Below, one piece after another: positions 63,650 through 64,000 of a DNA stretch of 64,000 nt. Below the pieces are notes generated by a model. It made no database searches. It was not told where the DNA came from and saw nothing but the letters and a program-made list of their open reading frames with translations. The translations under genes were made by a program, and so were the position numbers. Position 1 is the first letter of the stretch. Each line of letters starts with the position of its first letter. The stretch is from Balanoglossus misakiensis (lineage: Eukaryota; Animalia; Hemichordata): the NCBI GenBank assembly GCA_040954595.2, contig CM082594.2, positions 1,940,247-2,004,246 of the forward strand, in the 5' to 3' direction.

Positions 63650-64000
63650 ATACATGTACATATCTGTACATATTATTCATGATGTTGTTGTAAACATTTC
63701 TTTTGTGTCTGTTTCAAGGTCAGATGAGGTGAGTTATAACACTTTGATTCATGGGTTGAGTGACGTTTGGAAACCCTCACTCACATTGATGGAAGAATTT
63801 TATCTCAAAAAGAGTATACTTCAGTTGTCCCTAATAATAGCCTTTGTGTAAATTTCCCCTCTCTGAAGTGAGACAGAACTAAAGAAAGCATCTTCATATT
63901 GCTGCCAGATGCATGAGCTAGCTGGTGAAGTTCCCTGTGTGTTCCACAAGATTAAACTGTCCCAAGATGGGAAGGCAGTAGAAATGAGGTCTGTTGGCGT

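Overview
Eukaryotic (invertebrate metazoan-type) genomic DNA, not prokaryotic. Bases 1-39273 are a tandem 5S rDNA array: ~1064-bp unit, 32 essentially full-length 120-nt 5S genes on the minus strand, plus two units whose 5S gene was deleted. One spacer is interrupted by an apparently full-length CR1-clade LINE (574-4820, minus strand). It has an intact 992-codon APE-RT ORF2, a PHD-finger ORF1 with one premature stop, a (CCTAA)n tail, an AGAGTTA target-site duplication and a 10-bp inverted copy of flanking target DNA at its 5' junction. The array ends abruptly at a spacer hairpin. It is followed by a dense transposon graveyard: a Crypton-like fragment, a ZNF862-like hAT pseudogene, a THAP/ISL2EU-type transposase relic, deeply nested MITEs with 3-, 7- and 9-bp TSDs, a Kolobok-like element, a pogo-like MITE, a ~509-bp inverted repeat pair and a decayed Tc1. 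No host protein-coding gene could be supported. Most short ORFs in the ORF track are artefacts of the repeated 5S unit.
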